NCBI GenBank assembly: GCA_950097015.1
Contig: CATNEN010000039.1
Span: forward strand, 11,346,001 to 11,410,000
DNA from: Macrostomum hystrix
Taxonomy: Eukaryota; Animalia; Platyhelminthes
Length of the DNA: 64,000 bases
Direction: 5' to 3'
Shown: piece after piece, positions 63,001 to 64,000 of the stretch
Numbering within the stretch: the first letter of the stretch is position 1
How the letters are laid out: every line of letters starts with the position of its first letter
Translations under genes and position numbers: made by a program
The notes under the pieces: model-generated
Databases searched by the model: none
The model's input: the letters and a program-made list of their open reading frames with translations, nothing else
Told to the model about the DNA's origin: nothing

Positions 63001-63119
63001 GAATTTACCTGCAGTTGCATGAGCAGTAGCACTGGATACCTGGCGTATTTTGGTCTCACAGCCGGAGTTACTTTGGTGTTGTCGCACAACGCTAGCATGG
63101 CGCACACCTGCTTCGGCTC
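57079..63119 (-). CDS. Prosaposin-like multi-saposin-B protein (3' exons; 5' part beyond the window)
   Basis: Exons ~63119-63009 (EPKQVCAMLALC; boundaries uncertain), ~58520-58335, 58206-57934 and 57324-57079. Two complete 6-Cys SapB domains: CRSC..C..C..DPNLICQVLGAC and CLLCEFVI..NRS..VCSLLP..C..PRLACSALGLC. Confidence 0.85.
57407..57902. repeat. 19-bp minisatellite (GACAGGTAGTTACTTATCT) in the last intron of the saposin gene
   Basis: About 26 copies. Confidence 0.96.
58535..58803. repeat. 20-bp G-rich minisatellite (GACGGAGGAGTGGGGTTGTT) in a saposin intron
   Basis: About 13 copies; degenerate copies resume at ~62848-62911 beyond the LTR element. Confidence 0.95.
58834..62839 (+). mobile_element. 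Gypsy/Ty3 (Mag-like) LTR retrotransposon, 4006 bp, recent insertion
   Basis: 256-bp TG..CA LTRs at 58834-59089 and 62584-62839, with one difference seen (58993 C vs 62743 T). TSD GACAT at 58829-58833 and 62840-62844. PBS TGGCGACGAGGATGG at 59092-59106 is complementary to the tRNA-Ser(GCU) 3' end. PPT GGAGAGGGGGAAGA precedes the 3' LTR. Confidence 0.97.
59103..62555 (+). CDS. Gag-Pol polyprotein (gag with 2 Zn knuckles, protease, RT, RNase H, integrase lacking the catalytic core)
   Basis: Single 1150-aa ORF: CQRCGRSH..C, CNNCGKLNH..C; VDCGA; FSKIDL..PFGL..ILDD; TSDAS..EREAL..TDH..ADMLSR; AHSGHPG..CGAC, followed directly by the C-terminal ..GDWVRVR segment. Confidence 0.93.
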   Translation: MALNVSPPTPYLPASGPPAVPWNRWLDAFDIYCQAAQIWTDRPAEGEAPTEEATRLATRSRNMLLHLLGFEGQRIARARNAIVDGHTFWQTRDMLTTVFGDRPNVMLARHRFRERHQLPGEDAVTFVAALRELSATCNYGAMADEMIRDQLAQKTSSSRIRERLLTEDAAKLTLDQAIVIATTIEEAAAGSKAMAAAGSSGNVQAVQEARPRGHHGAPSKKKPGQQAGGSCQRCGRSHDGKAQCPAHGKKCNNCGKLNHFSRCCRNKTMQVSAEETIYAVHGNNEVRADLQLGSIRKTVSLMVDCGAKVSLLNEATARSLGDIRLRTSSMRLRAYGGKLIALAGIATVPVKHHSRELQHDFYVTRSGENLIGRDLIKKLGFRVQLQPPAEIGAEIASVDIEREFPTVFSGSIGLCKGAVHKPRINAAVPPVQQPLRRLPLAKQQQVGEELDRLEAMGIIERVNSSPWISNLVVANKKDGNIRVCIDVREPNKSLVIDRHPMPQLDEISAKIKAAGGSVFSKIDLKAGYMQMKLHESSRDLTAFITHQGLYRYCRVPFGLASAPAAFQRMLDDLVSDLQGVEHILDDFIVFGATEAEHNSRLRALLKRLEDAGLTANKDKCQLRRTEIEFFGFIFSANGMRPSESQTKAFSELRPPTNRKELQAFLGSANYLMRFVPNFAEVTAPLRPLLKSDAVFEWSTECEKAFETLKAAICSPPVLAHFDPGAETIVTSDASAESLGAQLSQVQDGIERPIAFAARALTETEKRYAANEREALASLWAMEKWHYYLYGRHFELRTDHQALRQLPSGSGTGHRPLRIHRWCDRFQQYDFHVRYLPGNSNFVADMLSRWSCGSDMNIIQLPDTAMPPVRVVTPQQLAIATAEDAVLRQVIQHVTSGNWSSSSDSELQPYFKVREHLSVWQDGACLAFQERAVIPLQLRRELLEAAHSGHPGVVRTKQQLREFAWWPKMDADVETFVRDCGACETAEKNFKLRPALLSPSKDNAVAHTEMAQRIQERQQRTAAYTDQRRRARPPALRAGDWVRVRRPIRRGKLGTRLSAPLRIVKTMGAACRLTDGSTWNQQALVPTSMRLSPETPVPDELDPLIDIQGQHTVPDDGGGDPLPAPDPAQGLATPPVRRSGRPRRPVQRYGF

Positions 63120-63318
63120 CTTCGCGTTTAAGAAAACGAAAGAGATAAGATCAAATGGCACCACCGAACTAAACATTAGGCTACAAGCTTATCAATATAC
63201 AGCTATAAACTAGCCCTGATATGAATGCAGATGTGAGAGATTTAAAAAGACAACATGCGAAAGCTTTTGACCTATTGTCAGTATAGCTCGATACCTGCAA
63301 TATACGATACAACAAAGC

Positions 63319-63920
63319 TAATGATTGCCCCACTGTAACACCTGACAGTGCAATGATGATTGCCCCACTGTGACACCTGACAGTGCAATAATGATTGCCC
63401 CACTGTGACACCTGACAGTGCAATGATGATTGCCCCACTGTGACACCTGACAGTGCAATGATGATTGCCCCACTGTGACACCTGACAGTGCAATGATGAT
63501 TGCCCCACTGTAACACCTGACAGTGCAATGATGATTGCCCCACTGTGACACCTGACAGTGCAATGATGATTGCCCCACTATGACACCTGACAGTGCAATG
63601 ATGATTGCCCCACTGTGACACCTGACAGTGCAATGATGATTGCCCCACTGTAACACCTGACAGTGCAATGATGATTGCCCCACTGTGACACCTGACAGTG
63701 CAATGATGATTGCCCCACTGTAACACCTGACAGTGCAATGATGATTGCCCCACTGTGACACCTGACAGTGCAATGATGATTGCCCCACTGTAACACCTGA
63801 CAGTGCAATGATGATTGCCCCACTGTAACACCTGACAGTGCAATGATGATTGCCCCACTGTGACACCTGACACTGCAATGATGATTGCCCCACTGTGACA
63901 CCTGACAGTGCAATAATGAT
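63319..63920. repeat. 35-bp minisatellite (AATGATGATTGCCCCACTGTGACACCTGACAGTGC) in a presumed saposin intron
   Basis: About 17 near-identical copies. Confidence 0.96.
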
Positions 63921-64000
63921 ATAATGACCCACCAAATTACCTGACCCACCCAGCCAGCCACCGAAAGATTTTAGATTCGAAATGAATTTTTCAACTCGGA

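Noticed and set aside
63181-63961. Cys/His-rich repeat ORFs (GQSSLHCQV..)
   Set aside because: Translations of the 35-bp minisatellite in all three minus frames.

Overview
Eukaryotic (metazoan) genomic DNA. GC-rich exons, many short GT-AG introns and abundant minisatellites resemble a free-living flatworm such as Macrostomum; this assignment is an inference and was not verified. I reconstructed 11 protein-coding genes by hand: a divergent actin, an STK33-like kinase, a divergent PP1 inhibitor-2-like gene, an FMRFamide-receptor-like GPCR, a Dpr-like two-Ig GPI-type protein, TTLL11, EMC5/MMGT1, WDR53, an orphan small secreted Cys protein, a C-terminal-motor kinesin (kinesin-14 type) and the 3' part of a prosaposin-like gene. 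Mobile DNA includes an internally deleted RTE-type LINE with a TSD, a young Gypsy (Mag-like) LTR element, two tRNA-SINE families (one CORE-like) and several MITEs/foldbacks. About 13.5 kb (~21%) is tandem arrays, mostly with a different unit in each intron. The most notable observations are: (1) the Gypsy element has near-identical LTRs, a TSD and an open gag-pol frame but lacks the integrase catalytic core; (2) small introns are repeatedly inflated by private minisatellites, two of which read as tandem GT..CAG|GT units on the sense strand; (3) inverted sister arrays bracket the polyQ-coding last exon of TTLL11; (4) EMC5-WDR53 looks like a trans-spliced operon; (5) two blocks are sharply CpG-depleted. 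All coordinates and counts were read by eye and no searches were run.
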